A DNA stretch of 64,000 nucleotides, from positions 224,001-288,000 of the forward strand of contig OZ243037.1 in NCBI GenBank assembly GCA_965212015.1, in the 5' to 3' direction. The stretch comes from Cenarchaeum sp. (lineage in GTDB: Archaea; Thermoproteota; Nitrososphaeria; Nitrososphaerales; Nitrosopumilaceae). The notes beneath the pieces were generated by a model, which was given only the letters and a program-made list of their open reading frames with translations, did no database searches and was not told where the DNA came from. The stretch's first letter is position 1, and the number at the start of each line of letters is the position of its first letter. The translations under genes and the position numbers were made by a program. Below, piece after piece: positions 39,112-49,683 of the stretch.

Positions 39112-40100
39112 ATTACGATCTCCAGTATGTTGGGCTTGATTATTTTTTTGGGCGCGTTTCTTATCTGGGATCTAAGCTTTATCATTCTCTTGTACGTGCC
39201 GGGTATCGAACCCTTTAGGATGATAAAGTCGCCCTTTACCTCGCCGAAATGCTTGTAGCCCCCGTCGGGATTGATCCTAATCTCGTCTTTTTCCGTGTTG
39301 CCAATTGCCATTATCCTCTTGTTGTACTCTAGCCTCTGGTGGAATCCCATCTGTCCGGCCCTTGGAACGGTATACATTACGTTCTGCGGCGATATCGGTC
39401 CGAGCGAGCCTATCTCTCTTACGGTCTTTCTGGACTTGTGCTGTTTTCTTTTTGCGCCCATTCTCTGGATTACGCCCTGCCATCCCTTGCCCTTGGTAAT
39501 CGACGCCACATCAACGCTAGAGCCAAGCTCAAAGACCTGGCCTATCTTTACCTCCTTGCCGAGAAGATCCTTCAGGTATGCAAACTGCTCCTGTATGGTG
39601 CCTCCCTGCACCGAGGCCTCAAAGATATACGGCCGTTTTTGCTCCAGTCCGGCGGCACGCGGCGATACTGCCACTATTCCAAATATGTGGCTGATGCGGC
39701 CGAGGGATTTTTCCGCACCCTCAAGTGCGCCCTCTTTGTTTTTTAGCATAATCTGTTTTGAAATTGCCTTGGGCATGTCCTCTGCAAACACGTCGAATTT
39801 TGCGTGCATTCCATAGTGATCCTTTGCGTATCCCCTGATTCCAAGCACCAGAATCGGCGGGGTGGCCAGCACCGTGCACAGGCTTACGAGCTGTTTGCCG
39901 GCATTTGGCGTGTGCTCCCTGTCATCGATGCTTGCAATCTGGATGCATCCTGCCTTGAATCCGACGTGGGCAAGCAGCTTTGGCTCCTTGGATTCCACCT
40001 GCGGCCATCCCCTGATTCGGGCCTCCATGCTTTTGGCGCGTCCCCTGGGGGAATATGCCATGCTTCCCCTGCGGGGCTGGCTGTGTTTTCTGTGTCCCAT
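39108..40100 (-). CDS. rpl3: 50S ribosomal protein L3
   Basis: PRRGS, GFKAG, TKGKGWQG, PRAGQMGFHQR, KGSIPG. Confidence 0.97.
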   Translation of the reverse strand: MGHRKHSQPRRGSMAYSPRGRAKSMEARIRGWPQVESKEPKLLAHVGFKAGCIQIASIDDREHTPNAGKQLVSLCTVLATPPILVLGIRGYAKDHYGMHAKFDVFAEDMPKAISKQIMLKNKEGALEGAEKSLGRISHIFGIVAVSPRAAGLEQKRPYIFEASVQGGTIQEQFAYLKDLLGKEVKIGQVFELGSSVDVASITKGKGWQGVIQRMGAKRKQHKSRKTVREIGSLGPISPQNVMYTVPRAGQMGFHQRLEYNKRIMAIGNTEKDEIRINPDGGYKHFGEVKGDFIILKGSIPGTYKRMIKLRSQIRNAPKKIIKPNILEIVI

Positions 40101-40255
40101 TGATAAACGAAAATCATGTGCCGTTTGGTTTTATATGTATCTATGAAATCCGGCGCGTTTGATCAGTCGGGAGCTGGCGCGGCAAAATCCGGGAGGTGCT
40201 GCGGGCATTGCGATTCTGGCGACACGCTGTTTATTAGTATGACGGGGCCAGTTTT

Positions 40256-41068
40256 TTGATGAGTCTTGCGCGGGCCGTAACGGACATCAAGGCAGAGTTT
40301 GCACAAAAATACGAGGGAAACGCCCACGTCTGCGAGGTGATTCCCCGCGGCCCGACACAGTCGCTGCCAATTGATTCGGACACCTTGAAAATGCTGCACG
40401 CATTTGCAAAAAACAACCCCATATACTGCAGCTCCTTTGTGATGCGGCTAAAAGGCGCCGACTGTACCGTGTACGAGGGGGACATTAACAGCTACTGGAT
40501 AGACAGCATCAAACACGACACGAGCTATGCCCCGTTTTATCCCACCTGGATTCTTTCTGCATACGTGCTTGCCGTCACTGCGAGGGGCCTTGGCGTCTTG
40601 CATGCAGTCGATGTCGGCTCCGGCGACGGGCGAATCGCCTACTGCTGCGCGGTGGCCGGACTGAAGTCGTACGGCCTGGAGATAGAGCCGAGTCTAGTCG
40701 AGCTTCAAAAAGGCATTGCGGCAGGTACGGGAGTGGGGTTTGACTCTGTACTTGCAGATGCGACGCAGTTTGAGTACTCGTCGCTGGATCTGGAGCGTCC
40801 GGGATTCTTTATTGGGGGACTGCCGGAGGTGGGGGAGATTCTGGCAGGAAGCGTGATTGAAAAAAACCTCGCCGTCGCGCACTCTGAGTTTGTCCTGACT
40901 GGCACCAACGCGGCAAGAAAGACGTCCCGTGACGGCTCAAAGTGGGGATGGGGGGATCTCATCGGGCGCTTTGGACTAAAAGTGGACGAGACAGTCACGC
41001 TGCCGACTAGGTGGACGATGGATCAGCTGCTGGGCACGCCGTACGTGTTTGCCTCGCGCCGCGTCTAG
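40256..41068 (+). CDS. Putative class I SAM-dependent methyltransferase
   Basis: VDVGSGDGR, GLEIE, ADA, and FYPT motif. Confidence 0.75.
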   Translation: MMSLARAVTDIKAEFAQKYEGNAHVCEVIPRGPTQSLPIDSDTLKMLHAFAKNNPIYCSSFVMRLKGADCTVYEGDINSYWIDSIKHDTSYAPFYPTWILSAYVLAVTARGLGVLHAVDVGSGDGRIAYCCAVAGLKSYGLEIEPSLVELQKGIAAGTGVGFDSVLADATQFEYSSLDLERPGFFIGGLPEVGEILAGSVIEKNLAVAHSEFVLTGTNAARKTSRDGSKWGWGDLIGRFGLKVDETVTLPTRWTMDQLLGTPYVFASRRV

Positions 41069-41124
41069 CCTGACTGCGGATCCAAAAAAGCCCGGATTTG
41101 AATTACAATAAAACGGAAAAAAAG

Positions 41125-41994
41125 CTAGACTTGTTGCGCTTGCATTCGTGCAAGCCAGTCTGGCTTCTGCGGCTCCTCGTGCGTCTCTGCAGTAGGCTCT
41201 GGAAGAACGGCAGTCTCTGGTGCATTTGGAAGGACTGTAGTCTCTGGTGCATTTGGAAGGACTGTAGTCTCTGGTGCATTTGGAAGGACTGCAGTCTCCG
41301 GCTCTGGCGCCTTTGGAAGCTTTGTCTCGACGTCGGACTGTACGTCAAGGTATGACACTGCGGAATCCTGCAGGTGCTTTGGAGGTGACTCTAGCGTCTG
41401 CTGGACTTCCATGTTGAGATCAACAATCCTGCGCTGGACGTTTGAAATTTCTGCATTCTCGTGCGTGATTCGCTCTATCAAATCAGTCGCACGCGTGGTG
41501 ACCGTATCGAACACCGGTTCGGAAATCTCGTTGCTCTTGAATTGCACCTTTGCGTCAAACACCAGCATCTTTACTGCCTTTAACTGCTCGTCTAGATCCC
41601 CCTGCCTGACTTCGAGCTTTGAATTGATCTCTTTTTCGGTATCGGTAAATGCGACTAGCTGGGACTTGTACTTTTCGTTGATTATCGCAGCATCCTCTTT
41701 CATCTCGTCGTTTTCTGAGACAATGTCCATCATGGCCTTTAGGCGCCTCAGGGTGAGCCCCTTTTCTCGCAGCAGCCGCTGCGACTCGAGCCTCCACTTT
41801 GGAATGTATATGACAGTCTCGCCCTGCACGACTAGCTGCTCAAAGGATGTCTGCTGCAGGCCCTTTGAACCGCAGTCTATGCCGACAGTCTGGATGCTTC
41901 CGTCAATGTCAGTCATTGTCCCAATGACCCTTCCCATTATACTGCCATACATGTCCTTGACGGATTTGCCGATGAATTCCATATTGTCGCTCAT
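41125..41994 (-). CDS. cdvA: Cell division protein CdvA
   Basis: FIGKSVKDMYG PRC-barrel N-terminus, IP.W, coiled coil, Pro-rich tail ending WLARM. Confidence 0.88.
   Translation of the reverse strand: MSDNMEFIGKSVKDMYGSIMGRVIGTMTDIDGSIQTVGIDCGSKGLQQTSFEQLVVQGETVIYIPKWRLESQRLLREKGLTLRRLKAMMDIVSENDEMKEDAAIINEKYKSQLVAFTDTEKEINSKLEVRQGDLDEQLKAVKMLVFDAKVQFKSNEISEPVFDTVTTRATDLIERITHENAEISNVQRRIVDLNMEVQQTLESPPKHLQDSAVSYLDVQSDVETKLPKAPEPETAVLPNAPETTVLPNAPETTVLPNAPETAVLPEPTAETHEEPQKPDWLARMQAQQV
41212..41292. repeat. Three 27-bp tandem repeats in the cdvA tail
   Basis: AGTCTCTGGTGCATTTGGAAGGACTG(T/C) three times, encoding VLPNAPET(T/A). Confidence 0.9.
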
Positions 41995-42128
41995 GGGCTA
42001 GGATTTTGGGATGCCTATAACCGGCAGGATGTGAGAAATATTTTGAATTTTGGTTAGAATAAATTAACCAAACAAAACCAGGCCCGCGTTTAGCAATTTT
42101 AAAATCTAGCAGATTCCATCCCATATCC

Positions 42129-42422
42129 ATGTTAGACAAAGACGGCCTGTCTCAGATACTAGGCGTGGTCTCAAAGCGGTGGACGGACATGTCCCGGGAT
42201 CCGGGCAACAAGGCCCTAGATACGCTTCCGAACAGCTTTTGGATGAATGCCGCCGGAGGAAGGGCCGGGGGCGGAAAATGGGTCACCATGCTGATGTACA
42301 CCGAAAACGCCGCAGACGCAGACACGTTCAGGGAGGTGCTCCAAAAGTGGCAGATGAAGGGAATGCAGCCAAAACAGGAATCCGGACCGGATCTGATTCA
42401 AATCGGCAGAAAGAAAAATTAA
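42129..42422 (+). CDS. Hypothetical protein
   Basis: 97-aa ORF upstream of thyX on the same strand. Confidence 0.65.
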   Translation: MLDKDGLSQILGVVSKRWTDMSRDPGNKALDTLPNSFWMNAAGGRAGGGKWVTMLMYTENAADADTFREVLQKWQMKGMQPKQESGPDLIQIGRKKN

Positions 42423-42445
42423 AGCGTTATGCGGCCTGATGTGCG

Positions 42446-44074
42446 TTGAGAAGCGAGTTTTCTGCAAAAGAGAGGAGGGATTTGCTGTCCCATTTTTCAA
42501 ACGCCGACGGGCCCGTGTTTGCGATAACCACGCCGCGCCAGGTTGATCGCGGCGCACTGATGTCGAGATACAGCCGGACTGACAAAAGCATGCGGCGCGT
42601 ATTTCTTGACGAGTTTCTAAAAAACAGGGATCGCGGAGACGAGTTTTACAACAGGGTCCTAATAGAGTACGGTGATGATTCCGTGGCGGAGCTTGGCGAG
42701 GCGCAGATTGCAATCGAGGGCATCTCAAATATCGCCGTCAAAAAAATAGAGGACAGGAGAATCGGCCTGTCGTATCTGGAAAAATCCTCGAGGTACGTGG
42801 CATGGGACAAAAAGACCGGCGGCCGGTACCGTTTTTACTGCGATCCCGACATTATGGATTCCAGGTTTGCAGATGACTATGTTGATGCGTGCAATACGGC
42901 GTTTGACGTGTACTCTGAAAACATCGAACCGATGACCAGGTACATACGGGAAAGATATCCGATTGAAAGGTACGACTTTAAGAGCTCGACAGGCAAGGGC
43001 GAAAAAAAATTCTCCGGCCTAAGGGCAGAGTCGGACATAAAGTCGGCACAGATGGTGTACCGCGGGTCTACCAGGGCCAAGGCCCTTGATGTTCTGAGGG
43101 GACTGCTTCCCGCATCAACTCTGACCAATGTGGGAATCACGGGAAACGGCAGGGCCTTTGAGTACCTGCTGACGGTACTTTACGGCTCTGGCCTGCGCGA
43201 GGAGCGCGGCTTTGCCTCAAAGATAAAGTCCGAGCTGGAGACTGTGATAAAGTCGTTTGTCAAGAGATCCGACGAGCCGCACGGCAGGGCCCACCAGAAA
43301 TACCTGCGAGACATCAGGGGCGTGGCAAAAACACTGGCAAAAAAACACGCCGTGAAAAACCCGGTACGCGGGCCGCTCACCAAACTGGTGGAATACGAGC
43401 CTGAGAAAAAGGCAATCGACAAGATAGTGGCGGCGCTGATGTATGAGCAGTCCGGCGGTGCAATGCTGCACCAGACGCTGCAGGCGGTCAAAAAACTCCC
43501 GATGCGAGAAAAAACGGGGATAATCTCAGAGTGTGCCGGACTGAGGCAAAACAGGAGGCACAGGCCCACGAGGGCCTTTGAGATGACAGACTATACGTTT
43601 GACCTGCTAAACAACTTTGGAATGTTCCGTGACTTTCACAGGCACCGCGTCCTTACGCTGGGCAGGCAGCTGCTAAGCGCGGATCACGGATATGCCGTGC
43701 CAGAAGAGGTGCGCCTGCTGGGAATCGAGGGATCATACAGGGACTGCATGGACCGCTCAAAGGCGGTGTTTGAAAGGATGAGAAAAAAACTCCCAGAGCA
43801 GGCCCAGTACGTGGTGAACTTTGGATACAACTATCCGTACTATATGCGGCTCAACCTGAGGGAGGCCACCCACCTAATAGAGCTGCGCACCGTCCCGCAG
43901 GGGCATGCCGATTACAGGAGGGTCGCCCAAGAGATGTTCTGGCAGATACGCCGGGTGCATCCCTCGCTGGGCGGGATAATCCGGCACGCCGATACCAACG
44001 AGTATGATCTAGAGCGGTTCGAATCTGAAAAAAAAACAGAGGAAAAAAGGCGCAAAGGCACAAAAAAACTATAA
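42446..44074 (+). CDS. thyX: Flavin-dependent thymidylate synthase (long two-domain form)
   Basis: [39 protein letters not shown]...QGH..YR. Confidence 0.93.
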   Translation: MRSEFSAKERRDLLSHFSNADGPVFAITTPRQVDRGALMSRYSRTDKSMRRVFLDEFLKNRDRGDEFYNRVLIEYGDDSVAELGEAQIAIEGISNIAVKKIEDRRIGLSYLEKSSRYVAWDKKTGGRYRFYCDPDIMDSRFADDYVDACNTAFDVYSENIEPMTRYIRERYPIERYDFKSSTGKGEKKFSGLRAESDIKSAQMVYRGSTRAKALDVLRGLLPASTLTNVGITGNGRAFEYLLTVLYGSGLREERGFASKIKSELETVIKSFVKRSDEPHGRAHQKYLRDIRGVAKTLAKKHAVKNPVRGPLTKLVEYEPEKKAIDKIVAALMYEQSGGAMLHQTLQAVKKLPMREKTGIISECAGLRQNRRHRPTRAFEMTDYTFDLLNNFGMFRDFHRHRVLTLGRQLLSADHGYAVPEEVRLLGIEGSYRDCMDRSKAVFERMRKKLPEQAQYVVNFGYNYPYYMRLNLREATHLIELRTVPQGHADYRRVAQEMFWQIRRVHPSLGGIIRHADTNEYDLERFESEKKTEEKRRKGTKKL

Positions 44075-44099
44075 TACGGAAAACCCGCACACCACGGTA

Positions 44100-44519
44100 T
44101 TGGCAGACAGGATACCCCCGGGCATCAAGGAAAAGCTCACCGCCGCACAGTACGACGTGTGCGTCAACAAGGGCACAGAGCCCCCGTTTTCGGGAAAATA
44201 CCTCGACTGCAAGGACGACGGGGCGTACTGCTGCGTCTGCTGCGGCGAGGATCTCTTTGGATCCGATACAAAATTCGACTCCGGCTCGGGCTGGCCGAGC
44301 TTTTGGGGCGCGCTCTCTGAGGAGAAAATAGAGCGTGTCTCTGATACGAGCTGCGGGATGCGGCGCACCGAGGTGAACTGCAAAAAATGCGGCTCGCACC
44401 TGGGACACGTCTTTGATGACGGCCCCGAGCCGACCGGGCTTCGCTACTGCATAAACTCGCTGTCGCTGGATATGAGGCCCCGCAATAAAAGCCAAAGTGC
44501 GGATGATCTGGTGAGATAA
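44100..44519 (+). CDS. msrB: Peptide methionine-R-sulfoxide reductase
   Basis: GTEPPFSG, KFDSGSGWPSF, HLGHVFDDGP, RYCINS. Confidence 0.97.
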   Translation: MADRIPPGIKEKLTAAQYDVCVNKGTEPPFSGKYLDCKDDGAYCCVCCGEDLFGSDTKFDSGSGWPSFWGALSEEKIERVSDTSCGMRRTEVNCKKCGSHLGHVFDDGPEPTGLRYCINSLSLDMRPRNKSQSADDLVR

Positions 44520-45526
44520 TGCGGATAATACTTTGCGGTTTTGGCGGCGTGGGGCAGAGCCTGGCAAAGCTGTTCGAGTCGCGCGCCGAAGATCTGTACG
44601 TCCGGTACGGACTAAAGCCCCGGATTGTGGGCGTCTTTGACAGCGGGGGCAGCACCTCGGATCAGTCCGGACTGGATCTCGGCGTGCTGGTGGATGCAAA
44701 AAAGAAAAAGGGATCGGTGAAATTTTATTCAAACAGGGGCGGACCTGCGGGGGCCGACATGATATCGGACATGGACGCCGACGTCCTGATAGAGACCACG
44801 CCGAGCAACTATACCGATGCAGAACCGGGCATGACGCACATTACTGGCGCGATGAGGCGCGGCATGCACGTGATATCTGTAAACAAGGGCCCGCCGGCGC
44901 TGGCGTTTCCGTCCCTGGTGGAGCTGGCAGCATACAACAGGGTGCTGTTTCGCTTTAGCGGTACGGTGGGTGGCGGGACGCCTATTCTAAGCTATGCAAA
45001 AAACAGCCTGCAGGGCGAGAGGATTATATCGTTTGCGGGGATTCTCAACGGGACTACCAACTATATCCTGACTGGCATGGCAGAAGGCAAGTCGTATGCC
45101 GCCGCCCTGGCTGATGCCAAGCAGAGGGGATACGTCGAGGCAGACGAGTCCCTTGATCTCGACGGACTTGATGCTGCGGCAAAGCTGGTGATACTGGCAA
45201 ACTGGACGATGGGCATAAACGCGGTACTTTCTGACGTGGACAGGACGGGAATCCGCAAGGTGACTGCAGACGACGTCAAAAAGGCGGCGCGTGACGGCTG
45301 CGCAGTAAAGCTGGTGGCGTCCTGCGACAGGAACCTTGTCGTCTCGCCAAAAAACATACCGCTAGACGATCCAATGTGCGTCAACGGCACGCTAAACGCT
45401 ATTGCATTTACGTCTGAGCACTCGGGAACACAGACCATAATAGGCCGCGGGGCCGGCGGGATGGAGACGGCAAGCTCCATACTCCGGGATCTGCTTGACA
45501 TACGCAAAGAGATAGCGGGAAATTGA
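44519..45526 (+). CDS. hom: Homoserine dehydrogenase
   Basis: GFGGVG, NKGP, VGGGTP, GILNGTTNYIL, GRGAGGMETAS. Confidence 0.95.
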   Translation: MRIILCGFGGVGQSLAKLFESRAEDLYVRYGLKPRIVGVFDSGGSTSDQSGLDLGVLVDAKKKKGSVKFYSNRGGPAGADMISDMDADVLIETTPSNYTDAEPGMTHITGAMRRGMHVISVNKGPPALAFPSLVELAAYNRVLFRFSGTVGGGTPILSYAKNSLQGERIISFAGILNGTTNYILTGMAEGKSYAAALADAKQRGYVEADESLDLDGLDAAAKLVILANWTMGINAVLSDVDRTGIRKVTADDVKKAARDGCAVKLVASCDRNLVVSPKNIPLDDPMCVNGTLNAIAFTSEHSGTQTIIGRGAGGMETASSILRDLLDIRKEIAGN

Positions 45527-45999
45527 GATCCAACCTGGTGTCCAAGACGGAATCCGGCGACATGCTCGAGGAGATCTCGGCTGCCTGGAAGATGGACGTT
45601 CCGAGGACAAAGAACCTCAGGGTCTACAGCATTGCCGATGACGCGCAGCTCATAGTGGGAAGGGGACTCAGGGCGCTCCGGATAGGCGGCCAGTACGTCC
45701 CGTTTCTCTCAGAGACGCAGACGCTTGAAAAATTTCCCCGCGTTACAGTAGACATGGGGGCGGTACGGTTCATGTGCAAGGGGGCAAACGTGATGCGGCC
45801 GGGAATAAGGGAATTCTCAGAGTTTGAAAGCGGGGATTTGGTGTGTGTTGCAGAGGAATCCCACAACAAGTTTCTGGCAGTAGGCAGGTCGCTTGTGTCC
45901 AGCGGGGATGCGCAGTCCATGGAAAAAGGCGAGGTGTTAAAGAACCTGCATTTCATATCCGACCGGTTCTGGGACTCTGCAAAAGAGATTAACGACTAG
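45523..45999 (+). CDS. PUA-domain RNA-binding protein (MCT-1/Tma20-like)
   Basis: VTVDMGAVRFMCKGANVMRPGI, LHFISD. Confidence 0.9.
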   Translation: MRSNLVSKTESGDMLEEISAAWKMDVPRTKNLRVYSIADDAQLIVGRGLRALRIGGQYVPFLSETQTLEKFPRVTVDMGAVRFMCKGANVMRPGIREFSEFESGDLVCVAEESHNKFLAVGRSLVSSGDAQSMEKGEVLKNLHFISDRFWDSAKEIND

Positions 46000-46588
46000 G
46001 CTGCGTTGTGGCCCTAGAGCCGTCCTTGTCGATTACAAGAATATCAATGCCGTCGCCGCTAAAGGCGTCCCGTATGGTGGCAGAGTGTATCGCCTTTGTC
46101 GCAAGATCCACTGCCTGCTGCTCTGTCATGTTTTCCTTGAACTGCGGATCAAGCACGCCGAGGGCCATCTCTGCTCCGGTGCCTACTGCCGCATAGTCGT
46201 CTGGCAGGACGGAGCCCAGGGGATCAAGCGTGTAAATGACGGCCTTGTCCACCATGCCGCCCACTATGACCTGTGTTAGCAGCGGAAAAAACCGCCTCTC
46301 GTACATCATGTTTGACATCATTTTTGCAATCGAGTTTGGCGGCACGTCGCGTTTTAGCTCCATTTTGCGGATCTTGGCCAGCGCCGAGATTTGCAGCGCG
46401 AGAATCTGCATGTCTGCTACGAGTCCGGCGCATGCGGCGCCCACGTTTGGGGTTATTTGAAATGTTTTCTTTGTGCTCTTGCTGACCAAAAAGTTTCCGT
46501 ACGCAATCCTTTTTTCGCTTGCAATGACTACCCCGCCGTCGTACGTTATGCCCACTGCTGTGGCGCCTGGCATGTACATATACGACAT
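45989..46588 (-). CDS. psmB: Proteasome beta subunit
   Basis: PGATAVGI, GVVIASEKR, AGLVADMQ, DPLGS, GTG...ALGVL, RDAFSGDG. Confidence 0.94.
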   Translation of the reverse strand: MSYMYMPGATAVGITYDGGVVIASEKRIAYGNFLVSKSTKKTFQITPNVGAACAGLVADMQILALQISALAKIRKMELKRDVPPNSIAKMMSNMMYERRFFPLLTQVIVGGMVDKAVIYTLDPLGSVLPDDYAAVGTGAEMALGVLDPQFKENMTEQQAVDLATKAIHSATIRDAFSGDGIDILVIDKDGSRATTQPSR

Positions 46589-46683
46589 GACACAGGTGGA
46601 TTCGGGGCATAATAAAGGGTTTTCTAAGCCAGGGCGCCTTTTGGCGCGGGGCGGCAAAGTGGCAATATTATTATAGAAATGCA

Positions 46684-47115
46684 ATGCCCGATTCCGGTAT
46701 GGGCGCAGAGTTCGGGGGAGGCAAGCTTGCAGACGCTGCGTTTATGGGGCTTCGCTCTGCAATCGGCGTCATCTTTATCGTTCACGGATACTCAAAGATA
46801 GGAAACGACGGTTTTATAGGCTGGATTGGATCGCTTGGAATCCCGCCGGAGCTGGGCATGCTAGTGGCAGTAGGCGAGCTGGTGCCGGGAATACTGCTGA
46901 TAGTAGGGGTCCTGAGCAGGATATCTGCATCCATACTGTCTGCAATAATGCTCGGTGCGATATTTTACATCAAAAAGGCAGAGATGCTGACTGGCGAGAA
47001 CTCTTACGAGTTTGACCTTGTACTTCTTGCGGCGTGCCTGGTAATAATGGTGATGGGGCCCGGCCGCATATCGCTTGCAGGCGCGGCAAGAAGGATTCCG
47101 CGCATACTGCACTAG
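46684..47115 (+). CDS. DoxX-family membrane protein
   Basis: LRSAIGVIFIVHGYSK, EL..G.LLIVG..SR, GPGRISL. Confidence 0.9.
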   Translation: MPDSGMGAEFGGGKLADAAFMGLRSAIGVIFIVHGYSKIGNDGFIGWIGSLGIPPELGMLVAVGELVPGILLIVGVLSRISASILSAIMLGAIFYIKKAEMLTGENSYEFDLVLLAACLVIMVMGPGRISLAGAARRIPRILH

Positions 47116-48461
47116 CTTTTTGCAAATTTTTCGATAATCAGGCACATGCATCTGGTCGTCTTTTTGAGCAGATCGATGCGGGCAAACTCGTTTGGCGAGT
47201 GTATCCTTGCAAACATGTACGTGCAGCCTATGGCGACGCACGGCGCCCCTAGCACGCCGGCAAACGCATGCATCGGGCCGGTGCCTGCGTTGGACACGCT
47301 GAGAATCGACGAGCCGAAAACCTCGCCGGCTGCATCCCTTGCGTTTGCGACAAGCGGCTCAAGCGGGCTGGTGCGAGATGCGGCCTCGCCGTGATACACC
47401 CTTATGCGGACATCAGAATATCCGCGCGATTCGAGATGGCGCCTCAGCAGGGCCGTCTGTTTTTTGGGATCCATTCCGGGAACCAGCCTAAAGTCGATTT
47501 TTGCTGTGGCCTCCGACGGAAGCACGGTCTTTGCGCCCCGGCCCGTATATCCGGATGAGAATCCCGCAATGTTGCACGTGGGCTCTGCTGCCAGGGCCCT
47601 CTTTGCCGCATTTCCGCTTTTGCCGCCGACAAACTCTTTTACGCCAAACTCTTTTTTGATGTCCGCCGCATCAAACGGCTCTTTTGATATCATGTCCATG
47701 TCAGCACCGGTCAGCCGCTCTGCATCCCTGTACCAGTCGCGGATCAGTATCCTTCCGTCCGAATTTCGCATGGTGTGCAGGGCGCCTATCAGGCGCCACG
47801 CGGGGTTTTTAATCAGCACCGCAAGGCTGGAATGCGCGTCCCTCTTGGACTCTTTTACCGTCATCTCTACGAACAGCAGCCCCTTCATTCCCAGGCTGAT
47901 TATCGGAACGCCCCGTGCATTTACAAAGCCAAACTCCCATATCACGCCGTCGCACGCAAGCCTGGACTTGAATTTTTTCAGGTACCGCTCAACGTGGGCG
48001 CTGCCGGTCTCCTCCTCGCCTTCGATGGCGAACTTTATGTTGCACGGCACGTCGCCGTGCGCCTTTAGGTGCGCCTCGACTGCCTTGATTCGGGTCATCA
48101 GCTCGCCCTTGTCGTCTGATGAGCCGCGCCCAAAGATCTTGTTTCCCCGTATGCGGCCCCCAAACGGGGGGTCCTTCCACAGCTCAAGGGGCTCTGCTGG
48201 CTGCACGTCGTAATGGTTGTAGAACATTAGCGTTTTGTGCGGATTTGATCTCGACTTTACGTGGCCGTACACCATCGGTGCTGCGCCGTCAATCCTCAAA
48301 ATCTCCGAGCGTATGCCGGATTTCTCGAGGGTTTTTTTTACCAGCCTTGCGCATTTTTCAATCCCCTCGTTTTTTGCCGAGACGCTGGGCTGCCTGATTA
48401 GCTCCTGCAAGTCGGCAATCAGGCCGGGGAACATTCTGTCTGCGCAGGCAAGCACCTTCAT
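47112..48461 (-). CDS. M20-family metallopeptidase
   Basis: HYDVQPA, GRGSSDDKG, EGEEETGS, HSPNE. Confidence 0.93.
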   Translation of the reverse strand: MKVLACADRMFPGLIADLQELIRQPSVSAKNEGIEKCARLVKKTLEKSGIRSEILRIDGAAPMVYGHVKSRSNPHKTLMFYNHYDVQPAEPLELWKDPPFGGRIRGNKIFGRGSSDDKGELMTRIKAVEAHLKAHGDVPCNIKFAIEGEEETGSAHVERYLKKFKSRLACDGVIWEFGFVNARGVPIISLGMKGLLFVEMTVKESKRDAHSSLAVLIKNPAWRLIGALHTMRNSDGRILIRDWYRDAERLTGADMDMISKEPFDAADIKKEFGVKEFVGGKSGNAAKRALAAEPTCNIAGFSSGYTGRGAKTVLPSEATAKIDFRLVPGMDPKKQTALLRRHLESRGYSDVRIRVYHGEAASRTSPLEPLVANARDAAGEVFGSSILSVSNAGTGPMHAFAGVLGAPCVAIGCTYMFARIHSPNEFARIDLLKKTTRCMCLIIEKFAKS

Positions 48462-49324
48462 GGGACCGTCACATCATACGGGCGCATTACTGCGGCAATC
48501 TCGCCGCACAGGTCAGTCGCCACTGCGTGCAGGCCCAGCCTTTCTTGCACCCCTATTCCCGCAAGGCCGTTGAAAAAGGCCGCCGCTGCCGCCGCCTCTA
48601 GCGGATTGCGGTTTTTTGCAAGCATTCCTGCGACTAGTCCGGAGAGCACGTCCCCCGTGCCGCCTACAGTCATGGCAGGCGCGTTTTTCGGATTAACATA
48701 CGTGGTGGTGCCGTCAGATATGACGTCAGTTGCGCCCTTTAGCAGTATCGTAACTGAGTGTTTTTCTGCCATTCTCTGTACTGTGGCGCTGCGCGGCCCG
48801 ATTGATTCCTCTGGCAGCACCCCAAACAGCCTCTTGAATTCCCCCGCATGCGGCGTGAGCACCGAGTTTGTGTCCGGAACAGCATCCAGCATGTCCCCTA
48901 CCAGCGAGCCTGCATCCAGGACCATTCTCACATCGCAGTCTGCAAGGGATTTTATCAGTATTTTTAGCGCCTCATTGTCTGCCACTGCAAGGCCCATGCC
49001 TATTGCGGCAGAATCCGTCCCCTTTGGAATTTGTCCCAGCAGCTTTCTTGCCGCGCCGCGGGTGAGCTTTTGATCAACTAGCGGGATTGCGATCAGGTCC
49101 GGCGATGCGCTGCGCGTCGCCTGTATGTTGATCTTTGGGACTGCCGTGTACACCAGGTCGGTGCCGCAGCGGAGCGCGGCAAGCGACGCGAGGATGGGCG
49201 CCCCGTGATAGAGATAGCTTCCGCCAACCACAAGTACCGTCCCGTTGTCGCCCTTTCTGGATCCGGCACTCCTTGCCGGGACGAATTTTTTTACCACATT
49301 TCCGCATAGTGTTTTTGCAGACAA
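48458..49324 (-). CDS. nnrD: ADP-dependent NAD(P)H-hydrate dehydratase
   Basis: KGDNG.VLVVGGS..YHGAP, LTPHAGEF, GGTGDVLSG. Confidence 0.93.
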   Translation of the reverse strand: MSAKTLCGNVVKKFVPARSAGSRKGDNGTVLVVGGSYLYHGAPILASLAALRCGTDLVYTAVPKINIQATRSASPDLIAIPLVDQKLTRGAARKLLGQIPKGTDSAAIGMGLAVADNEALKILIKSLADCDVRMVLDAGSLVGDMLDAVPDTNSVLTPHAGEFKRLFGVLPEESIGPRSATVQRMAEKHSVTILLKGATDVISDGTTTYVNPKNAPAMTVGGTGDVLSGLVAGMLAKNRNPLEAAAAAAFFNGLAGIGVQERLGLHAVATDLCGEIAAVMRPYDVTVP

Positions 49325-49377
49325 ATTACACCCTCAACTCTGTATTGACGAATAAACCTTGGCATGTGCCGGCAGGC

Positions 49378-49680
49378 TCAGTCGTTTTCGGCACCGGGAA
49401 AGCTTGCCTCATAGTCCCTCTCCATTGCCTCCTTGTTTTGCTCATCGACGCTGTCGGCATCCTGCTTTTGTACGGTGATCTCTATCCGCTTTGTGTCCTT
49501 TGTGAGCCACGACACCTTGATGAGCCCCATGATCTCCAAATCCAGCAGAATCTTGTTGAGCCTGTCCGGGGCCGCTGAGATCTCGTCCTTGACTAGCGCC
49601 TTTGTGAGCTCAACGTCCGTCATTGACTTGTTCTCCTTGATCTTTTCGAATATGGTGTTTTTTAGCGGAACTGCCATCAC
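49378..49680 (-). CDS. Hypothetical winged-helix-like protein
   Basis: LNKILLDLEIMGLIKV, directly downstream of cdc48. Confidence 0.75.
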   Translation of the reverse strand: MMAVPLKNTIFEKIKENKSMTDVELTKALVKDEISAAPDRLNKILLDLEIMGLIKVSWLTKDTKRIEITVQKQDADSVDEQNKEAMERDYEASFPGAEND

Positions 49681-49683
49681 TCA

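Noticed and set aside
42446-44074. Unusually long ThyX (possible intein)
   Set aside because: No intein terminal motifs seen, and the two-domain long form is a known type.
46540-46588. Proteasome beta subunit with GATAVG instead of GTTTVG
   Set aside because: Variant N-termini occur among archaeal beta paralogs and are not evidence of a new function.
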